In this document: piece after piece, positions 39,581 through 49,520 of the stretch
How positions within the stretch are numbered: the first letter of the stretch is position 1
How the letters are laid out: every line of letters begins with the position of its first letter
Origin: an uncultured delta proteobacterium
Lineage (GTDB): Bacteria > Myxococcota_A > Polyangia > Polyangiales > Polyangiaceae
Assembly (NCBI GenBank): GCA_963806225.1
Contig: CAWDXG010000004.1
Location: forward strand, 3,808,001-3,872,000
Direction of reading: 5' to 3'
DNA length: 64,000 nucleotides
Made by a program: the position numbers and the translations under genes
The notes under the pieces: generated by a model
Databases searched by the model: none
Seen by the model: only the letters and a program-made list of their open reading frames with translations
Told to the model about the DNA's origin: nothing

Positions 39581-41440
39581 GTGCTCTTCAACACCCTCGC
39601 CTACGCGAAGTTCTTCGGGATCGTCTTCGTCGTCTCGTGGGTGCTGGTCAGCCGGCGCTACAAGCCGCTGCTGCCCTGGTTCGGCGTCCTGCTCTTTACC
39701 CTGGCCGGCAAGCCGACCCTGCTCTCCGCCGGGCTGACCGTCGTGGCCTTCGCGCTGACCTTCTCCCTCTGCCAGCGCGTCGACGAGGAGCAGGGTCCGT
39801 CGGCCCGCTTCGCGGCCGCGTCGATCGTCGTCAACTTCATCGCGCTCACGTTCCTGACCGAGCGCAGGTTCGGCTCCGATCCGCTTTCGCTCGCGCTCCG
39901 CGGGCTGGGCGTTCCCCTCGGGACCTCGCTGTGGTGGACGGTGCCGCTTTCCATCGTCGGGCCGCTTCTGGCCTACGCGATCATCCGCGCGAAGAAGACC
40001 CGGCTCCTGTTCCTGCTGGGCGCCAGCTACGTCTTCTACGCCTACTGGGACTGGCGCTTCCTGCCGCTCATCTGGGGCTCGTCGACGATCGACTACCTGC
40101 TGGGCCGGGCCATCGGCCACGAAGAGCGCCCCCGCATCCGGCGCATGTGGCTCACCGGCACGGTGATCCTGAACCTCGGCGTGCTCGGCATCTTCAAGTA
40201 CTTCAACTTCGGGGTCGACACCGCGCTCGCCGCGCTCGGGTCCATGGGGTTCCACCCGACGCCCATCGCGCTCCGGATCGCGCTGCCCATCGGCATCAGC
40301 TTCTTCACCTTCGAGTCGATGAGCTACGTCATCGATGTCTACCGGGGCGATATCCAGCCCCACAAGAGCTACCTCGAATACATCACGTTCGTCGCCTTCT
40401 TCCCTCACCTGGTGGCCGGCCCCATCGTGCGCCCGCGCGACCTTCTGCCCCAGCTCGGAAGCCCGGCGCGCTGGAACACCGACGAGGCCAGCGAGGGGCT
40501 GTTCCTGATCGTGACGGGGCTGATGAAGAAGGTCGCGATCGCGGACTATCTGGCGGTCAACTTCATCGACCGCGTGTTCGACGCGCCGATGCAGTACTCC
40601 GCGCTCGAATGCTACGTCGCCGTGCTCTGCTACGCGGTCCAGATCTACTGCGATTTCTCCGGCTACACGGACATCGCGATCGGCTCGGCGCTGCTGCTCG
40701 GCGTGCGCTTCCCGCTCAACTTCAACGCGCCGTACAAGGCGGCGGACATCGCCGACTTCTGGCACCGCTGGCACATCTCGCTGTCCACCTGGCTGCGCGA
40801 CTACCTGTACATCCCGCTCGGCGGCAATCGCAAGGGCAAGCGCCGCACCTACGTCAACCTGATGCTGACCATGCTGCTCGGCGGGCTGTGGCATGGCGCC
40901 AACTGGACGTTCGTGGTGTGGGGCGGGCTGCACGGCGGGCTGCTCGCCGTCACGCGCTACTACCAGGAGTGGAAGAAAGCGCGGCGGAGACGCCGGCAGG
41001 CCGCCACGGAAGAGGAGAGCAGCACCGCGACGGCGGACGAGCACGGCTATCGCGAACGCATGCGCGCCGAGCCGCGCATCGCCGATCGCAGATTCGGCCG
41101 CACGCAGATTTTCCACGTGGTGAAGGTGCTGCTCACCTTCCATTTCGTCTGCGTGGCGTGGATTTTCTTCCGCTCCCCGAGCTTCGCCAGAGCGTGGCTG
41201 ATGTTCTCGCGCATCGGCACGCTCTCGCACTACCATCCGAACCTCGCGCCCACTGTGCTGGCCGTGCTGGCCGTGGGGCTCGTGACACACTGGGCGCCGG
41301 AGCGCTGGTACATCGCCGCGCGCCAGACCTTCATCCGCCTGCCCGCGCCCGCACAGGGCCTCGCCCTCTTCTGCGCCGCCGTCGCGCTACGCAAGGTCGC
41401 GACGGCCAAGGCCGTGCCGTTCGTATACTTCCAGTTCTAG
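39581..41440 (+). CDS. MBOAT O-acyltransferase (AlgI/PatA/DltB family)
   Basis: LPIGISFFTF, FFPHLVAGPI, YCDFSGYTDIA, NFNAPY, FWHRWHISLSTWLRDYLYIPLGGNR, GLWHGA, PFVYFQF. Confidence 0.95.
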   Translation: MLFNTLAYAKFFGIVFVVSWVLVSRRYKPLLPWFGVLLFTLAGKPTLLSAGLTVVAFALTFSLCQRVDEEQGPSARFAAASIVVNFIALTFLTERRFGSDPLSLALRGLGVPLGTSLWWTVPLSIVGPLLAYAIIRAKKTRLLFLLGASYVFYAYWDWRFLPLIWGSSTIDYLLGRAIGHEERPRIRRMWLTGTVILNLGVLGIFKYFNFGVDTALAALGSMGFHPTPIALRIALPIGISFFTFESMSYVIDVYRGDIQPHKSYLEYITFVAFFPHLVAGPIVRPRDLLPQLGSPARWNTDEASEGLFLIVTGLMKKVAIADYLAVNFIDRVFDAPMQYSALECYVAVLCYAVQIYCDFSGYTDIAIGSALLLGVRFPLNFNAPYKAADIADFWHRWHISLSTWLRDYLYIPLGGNRKGKRRTYVNLMLTMLLGGLWHGANWTFVVWGGLHGGLLAVTRYYQEWKKARRRRRQAATEEESSTATADEHGYRERMRAEPRIADRRFGRTQIFHVVKVLLTFHFVCVAWIFFRSPSFARAWLMFSRIGTLSHYHPNLAPTVLAVLAVGLVTHWAPERWYIAARQTFIRLPAPAQGLALFCAAVALRKVATAKAVPFVYFQF

Positions 41441-41515
41441 CTGTGGCCCGGGACCGCGAGGCACGGGACTCGGCGGGCCACAGCTGGTAGCTTCGGTTCG
41501 AGAGCTGCTCGAGCG

Positions 41516-41962
41516 ATGACCGACACGGAACAGACCCGGGAGCCGGAGCCGGACGAAGCGGAGCGGGAAGCCGCGGACGAGCCGGCGCCGGCGGAAGACG
41601 CCGCGGAACGCCCGCGCAAGAGGAAGAAGAAGCGCAAGAAGCGCAAGAAGCGGCACTCGACGCCCGGGCTCCGTCCGACGCGCGACGCGCAGGAGCGCGA
41701 TCGCCCCGCCTTCCTGCTCGCCTTTCCGCGCGATCCGGAGCTGGAGCGGCTGATCGAGGCCTACGAGGCGGGCGACTACGCGACGGTGCGCCGCGAAGCG
41801 CCCGGGCTCGCCGAGCGGACGGAAGACCGCGCCGTGCGCGATGCGGCGCTGGAGCTCCGGCGACGTATCGATCCGGATCCGCTCGCGCGGTATCTTCTGC
41901 TCACGGCGGTCGCGCTACTCGTCTTCCTGGTCATCTGGGTGTACGCGAAGCAGGGACACTGA
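41516..41962 (+). CDS. Hypothetical tail-anchored protein with a polybasic tract
   Basis: RPRKRKKKRKKRKKRH; FEAGDY-like motif YEAGDYATVR; C-terminal TM. Confidence 0.7.
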   Translation: MTDTEQTREPEPDEAEREAADEPAPAEDAAERPRKRKKKRKKRKKRHSTPGLRPTRDAQERDRPAFLLAFPRDPELERLIEAYEAGDYATVRREAPGLAERTEDRAVRDAALELRRRIDPDPLARYLLLTAVALLVFLVIWVYAKQGH

Positions 41963-41991
41963 TCGCCAGGCCTCCCAGCCGCAACGAAGTA

Positions 41992-42627
41992 TTGTCCGTG
42001 TTGCCCATCGCCGCCTTCCGCTCCTCCGCACTGCGCATCTCCGGCGCACTCGTGACCGCGGCGTTTGCAATGGGTTGCGGCGGCGATCCGCCGCCGAAGG
42101 CCGCTCCGCATCACAGCGCTGCGCTGGCGAGCAGCGTCCAGCGCTACATGCCGCTGAAAGACGACGTCGTGTACGCATACCGCACAGTGGCCGAGGACAC
42201 CGGCGAGCGGGGCGTCCTGATGCTGCACGTCAAGCGGACCCAGGCGGACCTGGTCGAGCTGAACGTCGGCGGCAAGGTACAGCGGCTCGAGATCCTGAAG
42301 AACGCCATCCGGAATCTCGACGGCGGCTTTCTGCTCAAGGCGCCGCTGACACTGGGCGCCACCTGGCCCGGTACCGGCGGTCAGGTCCGCGTCACCGCCG
42401 TGGACAAGGCGATGAGGGTCCCCGCCGGGAGCTTCGTCGGCTGCGTGGAGACGATCGAGGAACGCACGCTGCCCCGCGGCTCCAAGCGCATCACGACCGA
42501 CTTCTGCCCCGATGTGGGCATCGTCCAGCTACAGGTGCAGGCGCAGGTCGGCAGCCAGTACGCCGTGGAACGCGCCGTGCTCAGGTCGTTCGGTCCCCGC
42601 ATCGACCTTGGCGGCACCGAGAACTGA
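41992..42627 (+). CDS. Hypothetical lipoprotein (beta-sheet, VPAG motif)
   Basis: FAMGC lipobox; YMPL, VPAGSFVGC, FCPDVGIV. Confidence 0.7.
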   Translation: MSVLPIAAFRSSALRISGALVTAAFAMGCGGDPPPKAAPHHSAALASSVQRYMPLKDDVVYAYRTVAEDTGERGVLMLHVKRTQADLVELNVGGKVQRLEILKNAIRNLDGGFLLKAPLTLGATWPGTGGQVRVTAVDKAMRVPAGSFVGCVETIEERTLPRGSKRITTDFCPDVGIVQLQVQAQVGSQYAVERAVLRSFGPRIDLGGTEN

Positions 42628-42641
42628 CGCGAACCCTCGGC

Positions 42642-43799
42642 TCACTGCGCGGCAGCCCTGGCGCTGGAACGCTCGGAATCGGGGCGCACTTCGGCGCGCG
42701 CGACCTCGCCATATTCGATGCGGCGGTGCGCGATAGTCGGCTTGAGCCCCGGCGCGAGCGCGGACGGCGTGATCTCGCTGGACGGGAACATCTGGCAGAA
42801 CCCGGGCGCGCGGGCCACGCGGTCGACCAGCGCGCGTTCCACGGACATCGAGGTGTACTGCTCGGCGCCGAGCTCGGGCGTGTTGGCGTTGAGCACCAGA
42901 TCCAGATCCTGCCGGCGGCACAGCGCAGCCAGCCCCTTGATGCGGCTCTCGAGCGGGCTCCAGCTGTCCGCGCAGGTGCCGTTTTCGCTCGAACCCCACA
43001 CACCGTCCGGCGTGTTGAAAAACAGCGTCTGGTTGCCGGAGGTGTGACCCGGCGTGGAGACGAGCAGCACGCCGTCACCGAGCTCCAGGTCGCCACTCGT
43101 CAGCGCAACGCGCTCGGTCACGACGCCGCGCTTGCCGTCCGCGACGTACCACGCGCGCTGCATCGGATGCAGGTCGTCCCAGTCCTCCCACTCGGTGCGC
43201 TGCGCGAGCAGCTTCGCGCGCGAAAACCGGGCAGTGTACTCGCCATCGTCCGTACCGAGCAGCGGACGCAGATCCTGGGTGTGGAAGTGATCGAACGCCA
43301 CGTAGTCGATCGACTCGGGCGAGAGACCGTAGCCGGCAAGCTGCTGCTCCAGAGGGCGCGAAGGCGTAGAAAGCAACCGGAACGCGACATAGTCGCCCAC
43401 CTGCTCGATCATGCGGGCGAAGAATGGCGTCGCGCGTGCCGCAACGTCGTCGGTCGGATTGAAGAGCAGTGTCTTGAGCTCGCCGCGCTGCAGGAACTGC
43501 ACGAGCAGTGCGCGGTGCGAGAGGATCACGTACGGCGCCGGAGAATAGGCGGCGCTCCAGAAAGCGTACTTCGTCGGATACGCGAGCGTCGTCACCGGCA
43601 GCGTGCGGACGGAAACCACGCGCGGCCCGTCGGCAAAGCGCTCACGCAGTTCCTCTGCGCCGTGGCGCAGCGCACGGAGCCGCGCGCCGTGACTCCGGAT
43701 CGCCCGCGCCGCTTCAAGCTCCCGGATCCGGGTCAGCTCGCTGGTCGGCGCATAGCGCGCGCTGTCGCGATCGAGCTCGGTCGCACTCGATGTTGCCAT
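42642..43799 (-). CDS. Metallo-beta-lactamase-fold hydrolase (lactonase-like, variant motif)
   Basis: IDYVAFDHFHTQD, STPGHTSGN; GAGG-like RBS. Confidence 0.8.
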   Translation of the reverse strand: MATSSATELDRDSARYAPTSELTRIRELEAARAIRSHGARLRALRHGAEELRERFADGPRVVSVRTLPVTTLAYPTKYAFWSAAYSPAPYVILSHRALLVQFLQRGELKTLLFNPTDDVAARATPFFARMIEQVGDYVAFRLLSTPSRPLEQQLAGYGLSPESIDYVAFDHFHTQDLRPLLGTDDGEYTARFSRAKLLAQRTEWEDWDDLHPMQRAWYVADGKRGVVTERVALTSGDLELGDGVLLVSTPGHTSGNQTLFFNTPDGVWGSSENGTCADSWSPLESRIKGLAALCRRQDLDLVLNANTPELGAEQYTSMSVERALVDRVARAPGFCQMFPSSEITPSALAPGLKPTIAHRRIEYGEVARAEVRPDSERSSARAAAQ

Positions 43800-43920
43800 C
43801 TTGGTTCCCTCCGCCGCGTGGTGTAGCGCCCCAGCATGAGCATGCCACGCCGCCTCTGCCACCGGATCGGCATACGCCCGCGGATGTGACAATTCATTGC
43901 GCGCGCCGGCCCAACGGCCG

Positions 43921-45279
43921 ATGATGCAGCGCGGAATGCGGCGCGTGCGGATGGCTCCTGTTCTCGTGGCGGCGGCCGGCTCGCTGCTGTGGGCGTCGCA
44001 GGCAAGCGCCGACCCTTTCTCGCTGTACGGTTTCGGTCCGCAAAGCGTCGCCAACGTCGGCGCGGTAGCCGCCCGCGCCGACGACGGCACTGCCAGCTAC
44101 TACAACCCGGGCGGGCTGGCGCTCGGCCATGGCTACCACGTCGAGCTGGGCGCCCTGTACGCGCTGTCCGGGCTCGAGGCGCAGGGCCACGTGATCGACC
44201 TGTCCGACCCGGCAGGCGTCACGATGGCCGTCGACGGCGACGTGCCACTGACCGGCCCGCTCGCGAAGGTGCTGCGCTTCGGCTACGGCGGCTACATCCT
44301 GCCCGACAAGCTGATGCACCTCGGCACGCCGGCGCGCAGCGATCCGGTCTTCCCCTACTACGAGAACCGCAGCCAGCGGCTGGTCGTGCTGCCCGCGCTC
44401 GCGGTGCGCTTGACCGACTGGCTGGGCATCGGCGCAGCAGCCAACTTCTTTGCAGGCGTCTCGGGCCCGTCACGGCTCGGCCACGGTCCCGGCAACGCGC
44501 TGGAGCAGCGCATCGATCAGCAGGCCAAGAGCACGGTCTCGGCCATCGTGGGCGTCCAGGCGCGGGCTTCCGACGGCCTCCGGCTCGGGCTCGTCTACCA
44601 CCAGCAGTTCGCTTCTCCGAACCTGACGCGCACCGAGTCGGACGTGGGCGGCGTGCCGCTCGTGGTCAACGTCGACATGAAGCAGGCGTTCTTCACGCCC
44701 GACACGTTCGTGCTCGCGGCCTCGTCCAGGCCCGCGCGGCGCATGAGCCTCGAGCTGGACGTGGCCTACGAGCGCTGGAGCGCGTACCGCGGCCCGTCGA
44801 TGACGGCGGATGCCACGCTGCCCGGTGTGAGCCTGCGCTCGCGCGAGGCGCCGCACCTGTGGCGCGACATCTGGACGCTCCGCGCCGGCACCAGCTACCG
44901 CTTCAGCGTCGGAACGAAGCACGACCTGTTCCTCCACGCGGGCGCCGGCTTCGAGCCCAGCGTGCAGAAAAGCCTGCAGCAGGGCGAGACGAACCTGCTC
45001 GACGGCGACAAGGTCCTCGTCGGACTGGGCGGCACGCTCGTGCTGCACGACGTGCTGCCGAACACGCTGCGCCTCGGGCTCGGCGTCCAGACGCAGCAGC
45101 TCGGCGGCTCTTCGCAGGACAAGCGGGTCTGCCCCGCGCGCGGGCAGTGCCGGCCGGATCAGGTCTGGGGCAAGGACCCCGACCATCCGTCAGCCAACAT
45201 CGACAACCCGGGCTATCCGACCCTGCACGGCTCGGGATCGGTGTGGGCGTTCGCTGCGTCGGTGGGGGTGGACCTGTGA
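43921..45279 (+). CDS. FadL/OmpP1-like outer membrane channel 1
   Basis: Signal peptide; YGFGPQSVANVGAVAA..ASYYNPGGL hatch motif; YERWS; terminal beta strand. Confidence 0.78.
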   Translation: MMQRGMRRVRMAPVLVAAAGSLLWASQASADPFSLYGFGPQSVANVGAVAARADDGTASYYNPGGLALGHGYHVELGALYALSGLEAQGHVIDLSDPAGVTMAVDGDVPLTGPLAKVLRFGYGGYILPDKLMHLGTPARSDPVFPYYENRSQRLVVLPALAVRLTDWLGIGAAANFFAGVSGPSRLGHGPGNALEQRIDQQAKSTVSAIVGVQARASDGLRLGLVYHQQFASPNLTRTESDVGGVPLVVNVDMKQAFFTPDTFVLAASSRPARRMSLELDVAYERWSAYRGPSMTADATLPGVSLRSREAPHLWRDIWTLRAGTSYRFSVGTKHDLFLHAGAGFEPSVQKSLQQGETNLLDGDKVLVGLGGTLVLHDVLPNTLRLGLGVQTQQLGGSSQDKRVCPARGQCRPDQVWGKDPDHPSANIDNPGYPTLHGSGSVWAFAASVGVDL

Positions 45280-46628
45280 TGCGCCGCGGCCGGACCGTCG
45301 CTACCCGGGCGCTCGGCGCGGCGGCGCTGGGCGCGATCTGTCTGGCGCCGACACAGGCGCGGGCCAGCGCGCCCTCCGTGCTCGGTTTCGGCGGGCGCAA
45401 TGCAGCACTGGCTCGCGCCAACGTAGCCGATGCCGGTCCCGCGGCCGCCCCGATCGTCAACCCCGCGTTCGCGTGGCGACCCGGCACCCGGCTCTTGTTG
45501 GGATACGGCTACGGGCGTGCCGCGCTCGACATCTCGGGACGCGATGCCGGCGTGCGCGACATCTCGGGAACGGACATCGGGCTGCAGACGGGCGGTTCGC
45601 TCGGAACGTCGCAGGTGTTCCTGGGCGGAGGCCTGACGCTGCACGTGCCGGACGGCTACCAGGCGCGCATCGCGTTCCGCAGCCCGACCGAGCCGCAGTA
45701 CCCGCTGTACGACGCCTCGCCACAGCGCACGGTCGCCAACTTCGCGCTGGCGCTCCGCTACAAGGCGCTCTCGCTCGGCGTCGCAGCATCCGTCATCGCC
45801 GGCACCGGCGGCGAGGGCGCCAGGTTCCAGCTGGCCCAGGATGCCCAGGGCACCTACGTCGACTCGCGGACGGGCATCGACCTGCCGTACCAGCTCACGG
45901 CCGTCGCCGGGCTGGGGCTCGATCTGGGGCCCGCGGGGATGGCGCTTCGCGTGCAAGGCCCGCGGTCGCTGGGTCTGCACTTCGACTCGGTGGCAACAGT
46001 GGACGTGCAGGGCAGTCCGCTGAACGGCGTCACGGACGCCGAGGTGACGGGCGACTCGGGCTACGAGCCGCTCACCGTCGCGCTCGGAGCCCGCGTGGAT
46101 CCAGTGAAGTTCATGCGCGTGTTCGCCGCACTCGAATACGCGCGCTGGAGTGCCGCGCCTCCGCCCAGCGCGTCGATCCGGCTGAATCTGGATCTCGCGA
46201 TTACCCCGCAGGAGCTCGAGGCCCGCTTCGTGGCGCCGCGCTTCCGCGACACGCTGTCTCCACAGCTGGGGCTCGAGCTGCGTGCCCTGGAGCTGCCTGC
46301 GGGTGCGGTCGCCGAACGGAGCGACGGCGAGCGCCCACCTGCTCGACTCGCCATCCGGGCGGGCTGGTCGCTCAATCCCTCGCCCGTGCCGAACCAGACC
46401 GGGTTCACCAGCTACGCCGATTCGACGCGCCAGGTGTTCACACTCGGCGCTGGCTATCATTTCGGCAGACCCTGGGGCGTGGAGCTGCAAGCGAACGCGG
46501 CGCTGGGCCTGCACGTGCTGGCGCTCCGCCATTTCGACAAGCAGAGCGACGCCCTGCCCATGGCGCACTACACGGCCGACGGGCGCATCTACCATGCGGC
46601 CCTGTCGCTGGAGGGAGCTTGGCGATGA
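45279..46628 (+). CDS. FadL/OmpP1-like outer membrane channel 2
   Basis: TGATG overlap; LGFGGRNAALA..IVNPAF; YARWS; PSPVPNQTGFTSYAD. Confidence 0.78.
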   Translation: MRRGRTVATRALGAAALGAICLAPTQARASAPSVLGFGGRNAALARANVADAGPAAAPIVNPAFAWRPGTRLLLGYGYGRAALDISGRDAGVRDISGTDIGLQTGGSLGTSQVFLGGGLTLHVPDGYQARIAFRSPTEPQYPLYDASPQRTVANFALALRYKALSLGVAASVIAGTGGEGARFQLAQDAQGTYVDSRTGIDLPYQLTAVAGLGLDLGPAGMALRVQGPRSLGLHFDSVATVDVQGSPLNGVTDAEVTGDSGYEPLTVALGARVDPVKFMRVFAALEYARWSAAPPPSASIRLNLDLAITPQELEARFVAPRFRDTLSPQLGLELRALELPAGAVAERSDGERPPARLAIRAGWSLNPSPVPNQTGFTSYADSTRQVFTLGAGYHFGRPWGVELQANAALGLHVLALRHFDKQSDALPMAHYTADGRIYHAALSLEGAWR

Positions 46629-48043
46629 CGCAGAGCGTGCGCCATGTGCTTTCCGTCGTTCTCGTCGCGGTCGCCGCGGCGGCGGCGTTCGCGTCGTGCG
46701 GCCTCGCCCCGAGCAACAAGACGACGCCCGTGTTCAGCGGCGATGGTATCGCAGGGCTAGAAGCCGTGGGGCCTGTCGAATTCTGCGTCGGTGGCGCGCG
46801 CGTGGTCGCACCCTCCGTAGCTGGAGGTGCTGAAGTCGCGTTCTGCGTGAACGACAAGCGGAAACCGCAGAGCTGCAGCAGCGACATGGACTGCGAGGCC
46901 CCCGAGCACTGCTACTGCGGGCGCTGCGCCGTGCACGGCTGCGATAGCAGCGGCCGCGGCTGCTCGGAGAACGAAGTCTGCCAGGGCAACCGCTGCACGG
47001 CAGGCTGCACCGGGGACTCCGACTGCCCAGCGGGCTCGGTGTGCAACGGCGGCGGCTGCGGCCGCCCCTGCGGGAAAGACACGGACTGCCCGTACGGGGA
47101 GCTGTGCGACTCGCTCGACTCGGTGTGCCGGGTCAGCCTCTGCAACGCCTTCACGTCGTGCGGGCCGGGCCAGCGCTGCGAACCCCAGGAGCGGGTAGGC
47201 GAGATGCACGAGCCGTTCATCGTCGGTTCCGGCGACAGCGAGCGCGCCTATCTGGCCCTCCACACCGGCACGAAGAGCGCCATCTACCGCGCGCGGCTCG
47301 AGACCGCCGAGCGCTGGGTCGCCGATCCGGATCAGCCGGTGCTGGCAGCGGATGCCGCGGATCTCGATCAGGTGGGTGCGCCGGCCCTGGTCCGGAGCGG
47401 CTCGGGGCTGACGCTGTACTTCGCCGGCGCGGGGGGAGCACGCATCGAGCGCGCCACTTCCGGCAATGGGGCGGGCTTCTCGCGGGACCCGACGCCGGTG
47501 CTGGTCGCGGATCCGGGCGGGTGGGAACAGGGCCGGGTCAGCTCGCCCTCCGTCGTCTCGTTTCACGGCACGACCTACCTGCTCTACGAGGGCGGACAGG
47601 GCGCGGGCATCGGCCTCGCGCGGATAGCCGGTGGGCAGGCCCAGCGCGTCGGCAACGAGCCTCTGATCGCACCGTCAACGGTCGAGGACATATTCTGGCG
47701 CGACGTGACCGCGGTCGGAACGCCCGATGCGATCGTGGTGGACGGCGTGGTCCGCATCTATTTCACCGGTCGCGGCGCCGAAGGCGCAGACGCCGTGGAT
47801 CAGGGCAACCGCCTGCCGGCGGAAATCAACGACAGCATCGGGCTCGTCACTACGCGTGACTTCGTGAAGCTGTCCCGCTTCCCGCTGGGGCCGGTGTTCG
47901 CGCGCCGCACCAACCTGCGCGCGTACCTGGGAGAGCGCGAGCCCTTCGTCCGCGTGGACGGCGCGCGCACGCGCCTGTTCTATGTCGCCGGCGACGCGGA
48001 TGGCAGCGTCACCGGGCTGGCGTTTGCCGCCGAACCGCCGTGA
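46625..48043 (+). CDS. Lipoprotein with Cys-rich repeats and a five-bladed beta-propeller (GH43/GH32/GH130-like)
   Basis: FASC lipobox; CSSDMDC, CTGDSDC, CGKDTDC repeats; VGAPAL, VSSPSVV..LLYEG, VGTPDAI..IYFTG, EPFV blades. Confidence 0.75.
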   Translation: MTQSVRHVLSVVLVAVAAAAAFASCGLAPSNKTTPVFSGDGIAGLEAVGPVEFCVGGARVVAPSVAGGAEVAFCVNDKRKPQSCSSDMDCEAPEHCYCGRCAVHGCDSSGRGCSENEVCQGNRCTAGCTGDSDCPAGSVCNGGGCGRPCGKDTDCPYGELCDSLDSVCRVSLCNAFTSCGPGQRCEPQERVGEMHEPFIVGSGDSERAYLALHTGTKSAIYRARLETAERWVADPDQPVLAADAADLDQVGAPALVRSGSGLTLYFAGAGGARIERATSGNGAGFSRDPTPVLVADPGGWEQGRVSSPSVVSFHGTTYLLYEGGQGAGIGLARIAGGQAQRVGNEPLIAPSTVEDIFWRDVTAVGTPDAIVVDGVVRIYFTGRGAEGADAVDQGNRLPAEINDSIGLVTTRDFVKLSRFPLGPVFARRTNLRAYLGEREPFVRVDGARTRLFYVAGDADGSVTGLAFAAEPP

Positions 48044-48058
48044 GCCACGCTCTTCCGG

Positions 48059-48565
48059 TCAGATGCCGCCGTCGCCGGCCCCGAGCACCAGCGAGTAGTC
48101 GACGGTCTTGATACCGCAGTCGTCCTTCTCGGCCTCGAGCTGCTGTTCGAGGACAGGATAGCCGCTACCCTGGATGTTGATCGTCGCCGCTGCGTTGGTC
48201 CACAGATCGCACGACAGGGCCGCCACGGGCCCGCTTCCCGCGTCGGCAGTCCCGGCATCGTTCACTCCGCCATCCGTCGCGCCCGACCCCGCGCCGGCAT
48301 CGGCGTCGACCTTCGTGCAGAACACGACTTCAGGCTGATCGGGCGGTGACGCGAGATCGTACTCCTCGGTGCCACCGCCGTACGCGACCTTGACCACCGT
48401 GTCGGAAGGCAGCGGTCCGTTCTTGGCCGTGATGATGACGTGGAACGCAGCGCGCGGCCCCGGGCAGGTCGGTGAGGACGGCGGCGACGACGAGCACCCC
48501 GCACTCACGAGAGCGAGTCCCGTGCAGAGAGCCGGCAGCAGACGCAGCAAGTCGGGCAAAGCCAT
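48059..48565 (-). CDS. Hypothetical lipoprotein
   Basis: VSAGC lipobox; DAG/DGG spacers. Confidence 0.72.
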   Translation of the reverse strand: MALPDLLRLLPALCTGLALVSAGCSSSPPSSPTCPGPRAAFHVIITAKNGPLPSDTVVKVAYGGGTEEYDLASPPDQPEVVFCTKVDADAGAGSGATDGGVNDAGTADAGSGPVAALSCDLWTNAAATINIQGSGYPVLEQQLEAEKDDCGIKTVDYSLVLGAGDGGI

Positions 48566-48919
48566 TTATCGGAACGCGGCCGGCCTCCGCGAGACGGGCC
48601 CAAGCCCCGCATACGTACGCCGCAGAGCGAGGGCAGGCAAGGACCAGCGGAATCTTCCGCCCCTGCCCGAAGCCGGCCCCGTGACCAGCCCACAAAAAGC
48701 GAGGAGGCAGACCCAGCGGGCTCAGGCCACGTCCGCGATAACCCCGGGTTTGCCGCGAAGCTGCAGCAACTGCTCGATGTCGCAGGCGCACGCTCATCGC
48801 ACGCGCGCCAAGTGCCTGCTTCAGCTTGTCCGGGTCGCTGTTCTACGAAGTGGTCCGGGGCTTTCGCTGATCGCTTCGCGCTACGGCACGCGGCGAAGCA
48901 GAAGCACGCCGTCCGCGAC

Positions 48920-49030
48920 AAGAGGCGTCGGCCGTCGGTGTCGACCGCGTCGACCAGCTACCAGCGCCCGTCGATCAGCCCCTGCCAGACCTCGAGTGCC
49001 TCTTCCGCCGCTTCCGCAGGTTCCCCGGGT
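48920..49030 (-). pseudogene. Fragment of a myxobacterial LuxR-type regulator with an in-frame stop
   Basis: Minus strand EEALEVWQGLIDGRW*LVDAVDTDGRRLL resembles the WxGLVxGRWSLVDxxDTDGRR motif. Confidence 0.55.
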
Positions 49031-49039
49031 CGCGGCGAG

Positions 49040-49520
49040 CGCGACACGTATTCATCGGTTGAACGCAAGAGCAGCACTATCCCAGCTCCGCGTGCTGGTG
49101 TGTGAGGGCCCCGCGCTGCTGGCCTGGGTCGGCATCTTCAACCCGGGCCCCACGACCCGACGCCAGCAGCAGATGCTGCGGAAGCTGGTACCGGCGCTGC
49201 GCTGGCGCTTTTCCGCCGAGCAGCGCCTGGCCGGCGCTCCAGTCTACCTGGCAGGACTCCAGGCGCTCCTGGAACGTGTGGGTGCACCGGCGTTCGTCGT
49301 CTCCCCGAGCGGGCGCGTCGAACTGGCGAGCTCCGCCGGCCGCCGCAGGCTCGCCGAGCGTGCTCGGGAGACCACGGCTGCGCTCTCCGACGCAATTCTC
49401 CGTCCCGAGCGGTGCACGGAATTCGAGCTCTTGCCGCTCGCCGCCCACGGCGCCCCGGGCTACGTCGTCGCCATCGCCCGGACGCGCTCACGACGCGACG
49501 AGCTGGAGGCCAGACTGCGT
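49040..49520 (+). pseudogene. Internal fragment of a second LuxR-type regulator, truncated before the HTH
   Basis: QLRVLVCEGPALLAWVGIF..LQALLERVGAPAFVV..ELEARLR, then abuts the RT fragment. Confidence 0.6.

Noticed and set aside
48955..48965. In-frame TAG as pyrrolysine or stop-codon recoding
   Set aside because: Single TCG-to-TAG-type change within a short remnant; TAG terminates many normal genes in this window
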